Origin: an uncultured Chitinophagales bacterium
Lineage (GTDB): Bacteria; Bacteroidota; Bacteroidia; Chitinophagales; JADIYW01
Reading direction: 5' to 3'
Length of the DNA: 64,000 nt
Assembly: GCA_964653095.1 (NCBI GenBank)
Contig: CAZZEH010000002.1
Location: 88,899-152,898 of the forward strand
The notes beneath the pieces are model-generated. The model was not told the origin of the DNA. It did no database searches and saw nothing but the letters and a program-made list of their open reading frames with translations. This document shows positions 1 to 10,179 of this stretch, one piece after another (positions within the stretch are counted from its first letter, which is position 1; each line of letters begins with the position of its first letter). The translations under genes were made by a program, and so were the position numbers.

Positions 1-743
1 CCATCGTACTCACCGTGGACACCACCATGCTGGGCTGGCGGGCGAGAGATTTATCATTGAGCTATCTCCCGTTCCTCAAAGGTTACGGCATAGGACAATA
101 TACCTCAGACCCTGTATTTAATAAGTACGTAAAAAACGGTTGGGACGGAGCAGATACAGCTGCGGTCAGACCCAAACTTTCTATTGACACCATCAAGCAC
201 GTCTTTGAGCTGAAATCCAATTTTAAAGGTTCGCTGAAAGATGCGATGGCTTCGGTGCAGCTTTTCACTCAGATATATACCAACCCGGCTTTGAGTTGGG
301 AAAAAGTCTCCTGGCTGAAAACCAAAACTAAACTGCCGATTATCATCAAAGGGATTTTGCATCCTGAAGATGCCGCACTGGCACATCAGGCGGGAGCAGA
401 TGGCGTAGTCGTTTCCAATCACGGTGGCCGTCAGGTCAACGGTGCAGTATCTTCGATAGAAATGTTGGCAGCAGTGCGCAAAGCCGTACCACAACCTTTC
501 AAAGTACTTTTGGACAGTGGTATTCGTACCGGCAGCGATGTGTTTAAAGCAATTGCTCTTGGCGCCGATGCGGTACTACTCGGAAGACCTTATACGTACG
601 GCTTGGCGATAGATCGTCAAAACGGTGTGGAAGCAGTCATCAAAAACATCCAAAACGATTTCGAACTGACTTCAAGACTATCGGGGTGTAGGAGCTTGAA
701 TGAGATTACGGAGGAGTGTTTGATGAATGTGCCAATTCATTAA
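1..743 (+). CDS. FMN-dependent alpha-hydroxy-acid dehydrogenase/oxidase (L-lactate oxidase / lactate monooxygenase-like), C-terminal part; the 5' end lies outside the window
   Basis: The frame is open from nt 3 ([13 protein letters not shown]...). The motifs [17 protein letters not shown] and [19 protein letters not shown] are typical of the glycolate-oxidase/LldD TIM-barrel FMN family. Confidence 0.85.
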   Translation, partial: IVLTVDTTMLGWRARDLSLSYLPFLKGYGIGQYTSDPVFNKYVKNGWDGADTAAVRPKLSIDTIKHVFELKSNFKGSLKDAMASVQLFTQIYTNPALSWEKVSWLKTKTKLPIIIKGILHPEDAALAHQAGADGVVVSNHGGRQVNGAVSSIEMLAAVRKAVPQPFKVLLDSGIRTGSDVFKAIALGADAVLLGRPYTYGLAIDRQNGVEAVIKNIQNDFELTSRLSGCRSLNEITEECLMNVPIH

Positions 744-1310
744 TTTGTCAATATATTGAATTAGCGATATGCCAATAATGCGGTAGTTGAGCGCTGTCTT
801 GAGTTTATCGAAAGAGGCGAAGTAACTTGAAACCACTTGCAAAACATTACAAAAACAAACCTACAACTCAGATAAACTTATCGAGCAATTCAAAATTAGA
901 ATCCCTAAAAGACAGAGTCTAAGAAGTAAATAGTTTGTGTTTTCAAGAATAATGTTTTGAGATATGAGGAGTTTGCAAGCGCGAAAATTAAATTTGAATA
1001 CTTTCATTCCTGAGCTTAAGGACGATAAACTCTTAAGAACACTTTATTTCGTCCCAAATATCCAATAAATTTGGGACGAGATTAAAAGCAAAAGCCCCAT
1101 GATATAAGCGGAAGTCGCAAAAATACTGCAAGCTATGGCAAAAGAGGTCGCTCTTTCCGTAGATGTCTTTTCAGATTTTGACAGTCTAGGCTGTACCTTG
1201 TATAGCGGAAAACTTAGACTGTTTGGGGTATCAAAATTTTCTCAAAGCCGTATTTGTATTTCTGTTTTAATAAAAATGATAATTTTACAGCATCGCATAA
1301 AAGTTAAAGC

Positions 1311-2225
1311 ATGTTTGAACAGAAAAGAAGATTTTTGATACTCGTTTATTTTGCACTGGCATTTGTTTTCCTGTCGGTACATTATCTTTTCGGTCTTTCT
1401 TTTTTCGATCCCTGGCAAGGGTACAGACCTTTTGCGGAGAAACTCAGTTTGAGCGCTGCGCTCATATCTATTGTATTGCTGATTGGTAAGACAATTGAAA
1501 ATGTTATTGAGAGGCGTGCCGAAACTCACGGCGACAGATACAACCTTTTGAGAGTAAATAAGCTGCTCACTCTGGTGTTTGTGATAATTGTAGTTATTTC
1601 ATTTTTGTTCCAAAATCTTTATGCAGTCGCGGCCAGTTTGGGGCTGTTGTCATTGGTGATGGGTTTTGCCCTACAGGCTCCCATATCCTCTTTTATCGCC
1701 TGGCTGTATATTATTTTTAGAAAACCATATCAGGTAGGGGACAGGATTGAAATTGACGGTTTTAAAGGAGACGTGGTCGAAATAAATTATTTGGATACTA
1801 TTATCGAAGAGTTTAGCGGAGTTTATCTGACCAATGACAGACTGAGTGGCAGAATCGTCCATTTTCCTAACAGTGTGGTACTGAGAGCGCATGTGGTAAA
1901 TTATTCCGGTCCGTTTATACCTTTTATTTGGAATGAAACAGTTATTCAGGTTGCATACACGAGTGATTTATCTTTTGTAGAATCCTGCCTTAAAGAAGCT
2001 GCCGAAAGTGATTTCAGAAGCCGCTATCCCAAGATGGACGAGAGACAAAATCAGTCGGATGTCTTTTTTCGGTCTAACAGATACTCCTGGATGGAAGTTG
2101 TTGTTTCATATCCGGTAGAACCTACAGATACCACCGGCAGAAGAAATAGGATATTGAAAAAAGCACTGCCGTTATTAAATGGCCAACCCGACAAAGTGCA
2201 ATTTCCTGAGGGAGTTAAAAGATAA
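1311..2225 (+). CDS. Mechanosensitive ion channel family protein (MscS-like)
   Basis: 304 aa. N-terminal TM helices are followed by the MscS beta-domain signature (PYQVGDRIEIDGFKGDVVEINYLDTII...VHFPNS). Confidence 0.8.
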   Translation: MFEQKRRFLILVYFALAFVFLSVHYLFGLSFFDPWQGYRPFAEKLSLSAALISIVLLIGKTIENVIERRAETHGDRYNLLRVNKLLTLVFVIIVVISFLFQNLYAVAASLGLLSLVMGFALQAPISSFIAWLYIIFRKPYQVGDRIEIDGFKGDVVEINYLDTIIEEFSGVYLTNDRLSGRIVHFPNSVVLRAHVVNYSGPFIPFIWNETVIQVAYTSDLSFVESCLKEAAESDFRSRYPKMDERQNQSDVFFRSNRYSWMEVVVSYPVEPTDTTGRRNRILKKALPLLNGQPDKVQFPEGVKR

Positions 2226-2240
2226 TATGTAGCGAAACAT

Positions 2241-2268
2241 AAAAACCCCGACTTGCTGTAAGCCGGGG
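2241..2268 (-). terminator. Candidate intrinsic terminator downstream of the htrA-like gene
   Basis: ccccg.ctt/aag.cgggg hairpin at 2246-2268. The A-run at 2241-2245 is a T-run on the minus strand. It lies between convergent genes. Confidence 0.5.
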
Positions 2269-2291
2269 TAAAACCACTTTAACCACTCTCA

Positions 2292-3824
2292 CTAAAGCCC
2301 GAAGGCATAATATCTTGTACCGTTTTCATCCGGATATTTACCCTGAATCATAACACCTTCGCCTTTGCTGGCATCTAAAATGCGCTCTAAATCTTTTAAC
2401 GTTTTGACAGGCCTTTTGTTTACAGCTGTAATGATAAAGCCTTCTTTCATATTCGTATTGTCACGAATAATTCCTTTTTCGATTTTGTTAACTTTAAGGC
2501 CGCCCGCAAGCCCTATGCGCCTTGCCTGAGATGTGTTAAGTTCTTCAAGTTCCACACCGAGACTTTCAATCACATTTTTTGCAGTATTCTTTAAATCATC
2601 TTTATTGACAAGTGCAGTCGTATTGTCTCTGTTTTTGAGGGTGACAGTTACAGTCTTTAATTTATTGTCTCTGAGGTATTCTACATGGATTTTATCGCCG
2701 GGACGATATCTTGCGACAATCTCCTGTAGCTCAGGTGAGGTTTTAATGCCTTTATCTTCAATTTTGATGATAATATCACCGCCTTTCAGACCGGCATCGT
2801 CGGCACCGCTTCCCTTCTGAACCTCAGAAATATATGCACCTTCCACTTTATCCAAATTCAGTTCTTTAGCAAGTTTATCATCTACGGGGCTCATGGTAAT
2901 GCCCATATAGCCTCTTTGTACGGCTCCAAACTCTATGATATCATCGACTACTTTTTTGACCAAATTGGAAGGTATGGCAAAAGAATACCCCGCATATACT
3001 CCCGAAGGAGAGGCTATAGCCGTGTTGATACCAATTAAATCACCGTTTAAATCGACTAATGCCCCGCCGCTGTTACCCGGATTGACGGCAGCATCCGTTT
3101 GTATGAAAGATTCAATGGCAGACATCCCTGCTTTTTGTTGGAGCAAGTTAATATTTCTTGCTTTTGCACTGATGATACCTGCGGTTACGGTAGAGGAAAG
3201 ATTAAACGGATTTCCTACTGCCAGTACCCACTGTCCGATTTTCGTGGCATCAGAATTCCCAAACTTAATGGCAGAAAGATTTTCGGTGTCAATTTTAATG
3301 ACTGCTAAATCTGTGCTTTGAGCAGTCCCTACAAGTGTAGCCTGATAGCTTCTGTTGTCGTGCAGCACAACTTCTATCTCATCCGCATTTTCAATGACGT
3401 GATTGTTCGTCACGATATAACCGTCTTCCGAAATAATTACTCCCGAACCGCTGCCTAATGGTACAATGCGCTCGGTTTCTTCTTCCTGTTTTTGAGGTTT
3501 TCTGTTGTACGGATCACCAAAAAAGTATTCAAATAAGTCCATAGGACCTCCGCCTCTCTGACTGTATCGGTCGGTTGCCTTGGTTTTGGTGGTAATATGT
3601 ACTACTGTAGGCATGCTTACTTCAGAGGCGAGTATGAAAGCATCCGAGGGCAAAGCTCCGTTCAGACTGGTAAATGCAGCCGGTACAGAGTAATGGGATG
3701 TACTCTCGACACTTTTTTGGATAGTAGTTGAATCTTGGCCGTTAAGCTTGTTGTTGATTAAAAGAACAAGGCTGGCACTCGTGATTCCGATTAGGAGAAA
3801 GCTTAGAAATTTTTTCATAGTCAT
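2292..3824 (-). CDS. htrA: Do/DegP/HtrA family periplasmic serine endopeptidase with two PDZ domains
   Basis: 510 aa with a signal peptide. Trypsin-like triad context (TNNHV, D in STDLAVIK, GNSGGAL) plus two C-terminal PDZ-like segments. Confidence 0.9.
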   Translation of the reverse strand: MTMKKFLSFLLIGITSASLVLLINNKLNGQDSTTIQKSVESTSHYSVPAAFTSLNGALPSDAFILASEVSMPTVVHITTKTKATDRYSQRGGGPMDLFEYFFGDPYNRKPQKQEEETERIVPLGSGSGVIISEDGYIVTNNHVIENADEIEVVLHDNRSYQATLVGTAQSTDLAVIKIDTENLSAIKFGNSDATKIGQWVLAVGNPFNLSSTVTAGIISAKARNINLLQQKAGMSAIESFIQTDAAVNPGNSGGALVDLNGDLIGINTAIASPSGVYAGYSFAIPSNLVKKVVDDIIEFGAVQRGYMGITMSPVDDKLAKELNLDKVEGAYISEVQKGSGADDAGLKGGDIIIKIEDKGIKTSPELQEIVARYRPGDKIHVEYLRDNKLKTVTVTLKNRDNTTALVNKDDLKNTAKNVIESLGVELEELNTSQARRIGLAGGLKVNKIEKGIIRDNTNMKEGFIITAVNKRPVKTLKDLERILDASKGEGVMIQGKYPDENGTRYYAFGL

Positions 3825-3991
3825 TAACTTGTTTTATGTATGCAACTCAGTTTGTACAAATAATGTTCCTTTTCCCGTAAAATTATTAGTTTAATGATTT
3901 TTTACGCGGTTAAAAAAAGTTAAGTGAAATTGGATAAGAAATAGAAGCTGACTTTTGCGGATATAAACTATTTCTGTAAATTACTTTCCTT

Positions 3992-3999
3992 TACATTTG
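3992..3999 (+). promoter_or_regulatory. Candidate Bacteroidota -7 promoter box (TAnnTTTG) for gatC and the ABC ATPase
   Basis: tacatttg lies 21 nt upstream of the ATG at 4020. No clear -33 TTG was seen. Confidence 0.35.
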
Positions 4000-4019
4000 C
4001 ACTTTGTATAGAATTGAAT

Positions 4020-4319
4020 ATGAAAATCGACGATAAATTGGTGGACAAGCTCGCAGAGATTACGATGCTTGAGTTTTCTGGTAAAGAAAGAGAAAAAATA
4101 AAAGCAGATTTGGAAAGAATTACTTCGTTTATGGATATTCTAAATGAAGTGGATACCGAAGGAGTAGAGCCTTTAATCTATGTGAATGAAGATGAAACCA
4201 ATGTGCCGAGAGAAGATGTACCTGTGCAGACTTTGACGAGAGAAGAAGCTTTTTCCAATGCTCCGTTGCATGATTCGGATTATTTTAAGGTGCCAAAATT
4301 TGTGACACGCAAGTCATAA
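4020..4319 (+). CDS. gatC: Asp-tRNA(Asn)/Glu-tRNA(Gln) amidotransferase subunit C
   Basis: GatC-length protein with LAxL..L.F...E and VDTEGVEP...REDV motifs. The ORF track starts at TTG 4014; ATG 4020 (MKIDDKL) is the more likely start. Confidence 0.85.
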   Translation: MKIDDKLVDKLAEITMLEFSGKEREKIKADLERITSFMDILNEVDTEGVEPLIYVNEDETNVPREDVPVQTLTREEAFSNAPLHDSDYFKVPKFVTRKS

Positions 4320-4322
4320 AAC

Positions 4323-5012
4323 ATGCAAAAACTGATTGAACTGCAAAATATTACAAGAAGTTTCCAAATGGGAGCAGAGGAGCTTTTGGTGCTGAAGGGT
4401 ATAGACTTGTCGGTGAGTTCAAATGAGTATGTAGCCTTGATGGGACCTTCCGGAAGCGGGAAATCCACTCTGATGAATATACTCGGATGCTTAGATACAC
4501 CTACAGGCGGGAAATATTTGCTGGACGGACTGGATGTGAGTGCCATGAATGACAATGAACTTGCAAGTATCAGAAACAGCAAAATCGGTTTTATATTTCA
4601 GACTTTTAACCTCGTACCCCGGCTGACGACATTGGAAAATGTGGCTCTGCCTTTAATTTATGCCGGAATAGGAAAAAGAGAACGAATCAAAAAGGCCGAA
4701 GAGGTCTTGGCAAAAGTTGGGTTGTCAGACAGGCTGACTCATAAGCCTAATGAATTATCCGGCGGACAACGGCAGCGGGTAGCCATTGCGAGATCGTTGG
4801 TGAACAATCCTACTCTGTTGCTGGCGGATGAACCGACAGGAAATTTGGATACCAAAACGTCTTATGAAATTATGGCTATATTTGAAGAGTTGCATCAACA
4901 GGGAAATACAATTATAATAGTTACCCATGAAGAGGATATTGCAGAATACTCTAAGAGAATTGTCCGGCTGAGAGACGGAGAAATAGAAGATGACAGTCTG
5001 AAAAGTAAATAG
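4323..5012 (+). CDS. ABC transporter ATP-binding protein (MacB/LolD-type ATPase)
   Basis: Walker [10 protein letters not shown], signature LSGGQRQRV, Walker [14 protein letters not shown]-loop VTHE. Lies 3 nt after gatC. Confidence 0.9.
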   Translation: MQKLIELQNITRSFQMGAEELLVLKGIDLSVSSNEYVALMGPSGSGKSTLMNILGCLDTPTGGKYLLDGLDVSAMNDNELASIRNSKIGFIFQTFNLVPRLTTLENVALPLIYAGIGKRERIKKAEEVLAKVGLSDRLTHKPNELSGGQRQRVAIARSLVNNPTLLLADEPTGNLDTKTSYEIMAIFEELHQQGNTIIIVTHEEDIAEYSKRIVRLRDGEIEDDSLKSK

Positions 5013-5077
5013 AAATCGGCGTTTTTAATGTATATATTTGGTATAATCCGCAATAATTAAATCTTGAAGCCTGCAAA

Positions 5078-5620
5078 ATGAAAATTTATACCAAGAGAGG
5101 CGATAAAGGAGAAACATCTTTGTATGGCGGTACAAGGGTACCCAAGGATCATATACGAATAGAAGCCTATGGTACCGTAGATGAACTAAATGCACATATA
5201 GGCGTATGTATGTCCTATATGGCAGATGATAAAGAGATTGTGTTTTGGCGGGGGGTACAGAGTCGTCTCTTTGATATAGGAGCCAATCTCGCGGAGGACG
5301 GAAAAAAACCTCAAATATATCTTCCGGAAGTAAATACGGAACATTTACAGGACTTGGAACAGGCTATAGATAGGATAGGAGCCAATCTTGTACCACTGAA
5401 GAAATTTATTTTGCCATCCGGCCATATTGCAGTGTCATACTGTCATGTCGCCAGAACAGTTTGTCGGAGAGCAGAAAGAACGCTGGTGCGACTATCTCAT
5501 GAAGAATCCATTAATCCCATACTCATTCAGTACTTAAATCGGCTCTCAGATTTACTCTTTATTTATGCCAGAGAATTTGGCAGAAGATTTGATGTGGAGG
5601 AAATAAAATGGATTAGTTGA
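5078..5620 (+). CDS. PduO-type ATP:cob(I)alamin adenosyltransferase
   Basis: N-terminal MKIYTKRGDKGETSL...YGTVDELNAHIG is the hallmark of the PduO/MMAB family. 180 aa. Confidence 0.85.
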   Translation: MKIYTKRGDKGETSLYGGTRVPKDHIRIEAYGTVDELNAHIGVCMSYMADDKEIVFWRGVQSRLFDIGANLAEDGKKPQIYLPEVNTEHLQDLEQAIDRIGANLVPLKKFILPSGHIAVSYCHVARTVCRRAERTLVRLSHEESINPILIQYLNRLSDLLFIYAREFGRRFDVEEIKWIS

Positions 5621-5697
5621 TTATCCAAAAATATTTTGTGAGAAAAACTACTTTTTTAGTAATATAATTGATATTGTTGCACAAAAAATAAACAGGT

Positions 5698-5919
5698 ATG
5701 TATTGGACACTCGAATTGGCATCATATCTTGAAGATGCACCGTGGCCTTCTACAAAAGATGAGCTGATAGACTATGCGATACGCAGCGGTGCTCCTATCG
5801 AGGTAATAGAAAACCTTCAGGAGTTGGAAGAGGAAGAGGAAATTTATGAGAGCATTGAAGATATCTGGCCGGACTATCCGACAAAAGAAGATTTTCTCTT
5901 TAATGAAGATGAGTATTGA
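5698..5919 (+). CDS. DUF2795 domain-containing protein
   Basis: 73 aa. The YLEDAPWPSTKDELIDYAIRSGAP..VIENLQ pattern is typical of DUF2795, with an acidic tail. Confidence 0.7.
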   Translation: MYWTLELASYLEDAPWPSTKDELIDYAIRSGAPIEVIENLQELEEEEEIYESIEDIWPDYPTKEDFLFNEDEY

Positions 5920-5951
5920 TAATTTTAATTTGTTTAAAGAACATCTTAGTA

Positions 5952-5979
5952 AAAGGCTTCTGATTGTAGAAGCCTTTTT
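5952..5979 (+). terminator. Intrinsic terminator after the DUF2795 gene
   Basis: Perfect 10-bp stem aaaggcttct/agaagccttt with a 6-nt loop, running into TTTTT. Confidence 0.7.
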
Positions 5980-6046
5980 CATTTGAGTTTGGTCAATCTT
6001 TCAAAATTTAACATTACAATGCATGCATTGTAAGTGAAAAAGGAGT

Positions 6047-6937
6047 ATGTTTATGGAAACAAAACTAAAAATTATGGAAGCTGTAGTAGATCAAATTAAA
6101 GTTAGAAACGTCGATTTTAAGTTTGACGAAGTTTCTAAGCATTGGGTTTTGAACAATCCAATTTTAACACACTTTATTAACAGTATGAATATAGTCTTCC
6201 CGGAAGGAGAAAGATTTTTTATACGAAGTGTGCGTAAGTATTCTAAACTGGCTAAAGACCCGCAACTGAAGCGCGACATCAGAGGTTTTTGCGGTCAGGA
6301 AGGCATACACGCCAGAGAGCATGAGAAATTTTGGGAAGTCATGGAAGATCAGGGTTTGGAACCATACAAATTTGCTACTTTCTTAAATAAAACTGCATTT
6401 GGAGGTGAATATGCCTTGGAAAAACTAATTGTCAAAGGACTTAATGCTATATCTCCTGACTTGGGAGATAAAATGACCTTGTCACTGACTGCGGCATTAG
6501 AACATTATACGGCTATGATTGCCAATGCGGTATTCCATGAGCCAATCGCTACCAATGATAATATGGCACCTCAAATGCTTGAATTGCTACACTGGCATGC
6601 TGCAGAAGAAATAGAGCATAAAGCGGTAAGTTATGATTTGTTACAGGTGGTGGATGACAATTATTATTTAAGAATCTCTGGAATGGGGCTGGCCACAATT
6701 GCCCTGTGGGGATATTTGGGATTAGGACAGCTGTATTTTATATCGAAAGATGAAGATGTCAGCATTGTTAAGATTCCCGCTCAGGCATACGAGTTTTTCA
6801 CTACCATAGTGTTGGGCGAAATAGGAAAAGGAATTGCCCGAAACTTCTTCAGCTACTTCAAAAGAGATTTCCATCCGAAAGATATTGATGACAGCTACCT
6901 GGCGGAAGAGTTTTTCTCTGACAAAGCCTATGCATAA
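6047..6937 (+). CDS. Predicted metal-dependent hydrolase (PF10118-like)
   Basis: 296 aa. EGERFF, GQEGIHAREH and HWHAAEEIEHKAV motifs match this family. Confidence 0.7.
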   Translation: MFMETKLKIMEAVVDQIKVRNVDFKFDEVSKHWVLNNPILTHFINSMNIVFPEGERFFIRSVRKYSKLAKDPQLKRDIRGFCGQEGIHAREHEKFWEVMEDQGLEPYKFATFLNKTAFGGEYALEKLIVKGLNAISPDLGDKMTLSLTAALEHYTAMIANAVFHEPIATNDNMAPQMLELLHWHAAEEIEHKAVSYDLLQVVDDNYYLRISGMGLATIALWGYLGLGQLYFISKDEDVSIVKIPAQAYEFFTTIVLGEIGKGIARNFFSYFKRDFHPKDIDDSYLAEEFFSDKAYA

Positions 6938-6965
6938 TTTGAAGGTTAAAATATTGATTTTAAAT

Positions 6966-6993
6966 GGGTTGCCAGATTAGGCAGCCCTTTTTT
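6966..6993 (+). terminator. Intrinsic terminator
   Basis: 8-bp GC-rich stem gggttgcc/ggcagccc (one G-U pair), 6-nt loop, then TTTTTT. Confidence 0.75.
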
Positions 6994-7215
6994 CTTGTTT
7001 CGATGAGGTCGATATTGCGTGCAATACAATTTTTTGCAAAAAATGACGTTGTGTGAATAACTGCTTAATCAGGATTTAATTTAAAACTGATTTTCGGGAT
7101 TAAAAAAAATGTTGATAGTAGTGGTTTAAAAAGCTTTTGTTTAGTTATTGTTAAGAAAACTTGTAACTTAAACCAAGAATTTATTTTTGATTAAAAAATA
7201 GTAAGCTGAAAGATT

Positions 7216-7869
7216 ATGGTAAGCCGTTTTCACTTAATTACACAGGATTTAAAGAACTTCTCCCATATTGAACAAATAAAAACGGCCTGTGAAAATGGAG
7301 CAAAATGTATCCAGTTAAGAGCAAAAAATAAAAATTATAATGATTGGATAAAAATTGCCAGCGAATCAATCCGAATTTGCAGGCAACATGGTGTAAAACT
7401 GATTATTAATGACAGCGTGCAGGTGGCGCTTGAAATAGATGCCGACGGGGTGCTTTTGGGTAAAGACGATATGCCGATTCATTCTGCCCGATCTCTGTTG
7501 GGACACGATAAGCTTATAGGCGGAACGGGCAATTCATTTGATGATTTAGTAAGAATTGCGGAAGAAGGTGCCGATTTTGCGGTGATGGGACCTTATAAAT
7601 TTACTCCTACAAAGATGAATTTTAAAAGCCTGCTGGGTATAAATTCATATAAGAAGCTGATGCAGTTTGTAAAAGACAGAAATATTAAACTCCCTATTAT
7701 CGCAATTGGAGGAATCAAGCTAAAAGATGTAGAAGAGCTGTTTGACTTGGGAGTACATGGTATAGCTGTCTCATCTGCCGTGTTTTCTTCAGATTCTCCG
7801 GCTCTATCTATAAGTGAGTTTCAGGAGAAAATCGATAAAAAAGTAAACAGCCTTTCTTTCGCTTTGTAA
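7216..7869 (+). CDS. thiE: Thiamine-phosphate synthase
   Basis: 217 aa. TMP-TENI fold motifs (IQLRAK, LIINDSVQVALEIDADGVLLGKDD, IAIGGI). Confidence 0.8.
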   Translation: MVSRFHLITQDLKNFSHIEQIKTACENGAKCIQLRAKNKNYNDWIKIASESIRICRQHGVKLIINDSVQVALEIDADGVLLGKDDMPIHSARSLLGHDKLIGGTGNSFDDLVRIAEEGADFAVMGPYKFTPTKMNFKSLLGINSYKKLMQFVKDRNIKLPIIAIGGIKLKDVEELFDLGVHGIAVSSAVFSSDSPALSISEFQEKIDKKVNSLSFAL

Positions 7870-7952
7870 AAACAGCAAATAATTTTATGAGGGAATCCCT
7901 GCTGATAAGATGCCCAAATTAATACATGAACAATCTTACCTGTTTAAGAAGT

Positions 7953-9275
7953 CTATACCGCTACCTCTTCTTTCACTTCTTGCGTATTTTTGACTTTTTT
8001 GGCCGGTCGGATTATTAGTCTCAGCACCCGATCGTAATTGATGTAATTATACATCCATCCGGTGAAAACTAAAAGCTTGTTTCTGAAACCTACTAACGAC
8101 ATCAGGTGTACAAACATCCAAATAACCCAGGCAGGGAAACCGCCGAGAGTAACTGTTTTTCCGGGAAAATCTACTACTGCCTTGTCTCTGCCCACAGTGG
8201 CCATAGAACCCTTGTCGAAATATTTGAATGCTTTGAGCGGTCTGCCATTTTCTTTATTGACTATATTTTTAGCCAGTAACTTACCCTGTTGGATTGCAAC
8301 GGGGGCGACCATCGCATGGCCTCTCGGCAAGGCATCACTAATCATACAGGCAATATCACCAATAGCATAAATATCTTCTTCTCCCTCTATTTCGTTAAAG
8401 TCATTTACTTTAATTCTGCCGTTTGGCAAATAGGATGATTGATTGAGACCTTTTATTTCCGCACCTTTTACTCCGGCAGTCCAGATTACGGTGTCGGTGT
8501 GAATTTTATCTCCGTTGGCAAGCTCAAGAATATTATTTTCATAAGACTTAACCGCTGTGTTCAGGTGAACGTTTACATCGAACTTTTTCAGATATTTTTC
8601 TGCCCATTTTTTTGATTTTTCTGACATGGGACCTAAAAGATTACCCATAGCCTCAAATAAATTTACCTCCATCTTGCTGAAGTCTAGCTCCGGATAATCT
8701 CTCGGGAGCATTCTTTTTTTCATTTCCCCGATAGCTCCGGCAAGCTCTACTCCTGTAGGACCTCCGCCCACAATGGATATAGTCATCAGGGAGTGCTTCC
8801 TGCTGCTGTCGTATTCCAGCAGAACCTGCTCGAAATTTTCAATAATAAAACTTCTTAAGTCTAAAGCCTCCGGAATGGATTTTAATGACAGCATTCTTGA
8901 AGTGCTGGATTCCGGAAGATTAAAGAAATTGGTTGTACTGCCGGTTGCAATAACTAAAATATCGTACTTAATCTGACCGATATTGGTATTTAAAAACTTA
9001 TTATCGGTATCTATACTTTCTACTTCTGCCAGTCTGAAAAAGACGTTACCTGCTTTTCGAAGCAGTTTTCTGAGCGGATAAGCTATAGAGGTAGAATCCA
9101 ATCCTCCCGTAGCTACCTGATACAGTAGGGGCTGGAATGTATGATAGTTATGTTTGTCGAGAAGAACTACCTGAAAATTTGATTTTCTAAGGCTTAGAGC
9201 CATATTCATACCGGCAAATCCTCCGCCGATTATTACAACTCTTTTTTGGGCTGTTTGTGGTATTCTAAGGTTCAT
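7953..9275 (-). CDS. ndh: Type II NADH:quinone oxidoreductase (NDH-2), FAD-dependent
   Basis: 440 aa. Two dinucleotide-binding motifs (VVIIGGGFAGM and IVGGGPTGVELAG) plus IYAIGD. Confidence 0.85.
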   Translation of the reverse strand: MNLRIPQTAQKRVVIIGGGFAGMNMALSLRKSNFQVVLLDKHNYHTFQPLLYQVATGGLDSTSIAYPLRKLLRKAGNVFFRLAEVESIDTDNKFLNTNIGQIKYDILVIATGSTTNFFNLPESSTSRMLSLKSIPEALDLRSFIIENFEQVLLEYDSSRKHSLMTISIVGGGPTGVELAGAIGEMKKRMLPRDYPELDFSKMEVNLFEAMGNLLGPMSEKSKKWAEKYLKKFDVNVHLNTAVKSYENNILELANGDKIHTDTVIWTAGVKGAEIKGLNQSSYLPNGRIKVNDFNEIEGEEDIYAIGDIACMISDALPRGHAMVAPVAIQQGKLLAKNIVNKENGRPLKAFKYFDKGSMATVGRDKAVVDFPGKTVTLGGFPAWVIWMFVHLMSLVGFRNKLLVFTGWMYNYINYDRVLRLIIRPAKKVKNTQEVKEEVAV

Positions 9276-9368
9276 GGCTTCAATTTTATTATATAATTCA
9301 AAATAGCCGGAATTGTTAAAGGAATTCGAATTAAAATGATAATATTTACAAACGTTTAACTTACAGAC

Positions 9369-10136
9369 ATGATTATGGAAACATTGACGCTCGAAAAGAA
9401 AAAAGATTACGTTGTAATGACATTAGATCGCGGTAAATCGAATCCGATGAACTTTCAAATGCTGACAGAAATTATTCAGACACTAAAAGATTTAAAACAC
9501 GATTCTGTTGTGAAAGGGCTTATTATTACCGGAAAGGAAAATTTCTATTCTGCCGGACTGGATTTGCCTGAAATAATTACTTACGACCGTGAAAAGACCA
9601 GAGATTTTTGGAGAGGTTTCATGGAGTTAATCTCTGAGTTAGTTTCTTTTCCCAAACCTCTGGTTGCATCCATAACCGGTCATGCACCTGCGGGAGGTTG
9701 TATCGTAGCTATTTCGTGTGATTACAGAGTCATGGCAGAAGGAAATTATAAAATAGGATTGAATGAAGTGCCGGTTGGTATCATTGTACCCCGACATGTG
9801 TACGACCTGTATGCATTTTGGCTCGGATCGCATAACGCTTACCAATTTTTGTTGGAGGGAAAATTGATGAATCCACAAAAAGCTTTGGAAGCAGGTCTGG
9901 TGGATGAAGTAGTACCGGCTGAAATGACATTGGAAGCTGCCGAGAAAAAGTTAGCTCAGTATTTAAGCTATAATCAGGAAACTTGGCGCGCTTCAAAATA
10001 TAATATGAGAAGAAATTTAATAGAGAAAGTGTCTGCTTATGATGAAGCGATGATAGATAGAGTAATAGAACATTGGTTTAGCCCCAAAACTCAACAAATC
10101 TTAAACGGTTTTGTGGCCATGCTAAAAAAGAAATAG
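9369..10136 (+). CDS. Enoyl-CoA hydratase/isomerase (crotonase) family protein
   Basis: 255 aa. Crotonase oxyanion-hole context (FYSAGLDL, ITGHAPAGGC). Confidence 0.8.
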   Translation: MIMETLTLEKKKDYVVMTLDRGKSNPMNFQMLTEIIQTLKDLKHDSVVKGLIITGKENFYSAGLDLPEIITYDREKTRDFWRGFMELISELVSFPKPLVASITGHAPAGGCIVAISCDYRVMAEGNYKIGLNEVPVGIIVPRHVYDLYAFWLGSHNAYQFLLEGKLMNPQKALEAGLVDEVVPAEMTLEAAEKKLAQYLSYNQETWRASKYNMRRNLIEKVSAYDEAMIDRVIEHWFSPKTQQILNGFVAMLKKK

Positions 10137-10179
10137 TTAGTTTTGTCCCGTTCATGAAGTATTTTTTTCTTATTTAAAC

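Noticed and set aside
105-494. Antisense and overlapping ORFs inside well-supported genes (for example 105-494 minus, 2935-3321 plus, 24046-24390 minus, 35964-36353 minus, 54886-55266 plus, 61225-61536 plus)
   Set aside because: Each lies inside a gene with clear family motifs on the other strand or frame. None has a recognisable motif.
1135-1338. 67-aa ORF in the 744-1310 gap
   Set aside because: No motif and odd composition. It overlaps the start of the MscS-like gene, so it is treated as non-coding. The gap itself is reported as a finding.
6995-7215. Possible TPP riboswitch upstream of thiE
   Set aside because: No CTGAGA / ACCTGATCTGGATAATGCCAGCG-like core is present. The region is AT-rich with only a short palindrome (tattgcgtgcaata, about 7012-7025).
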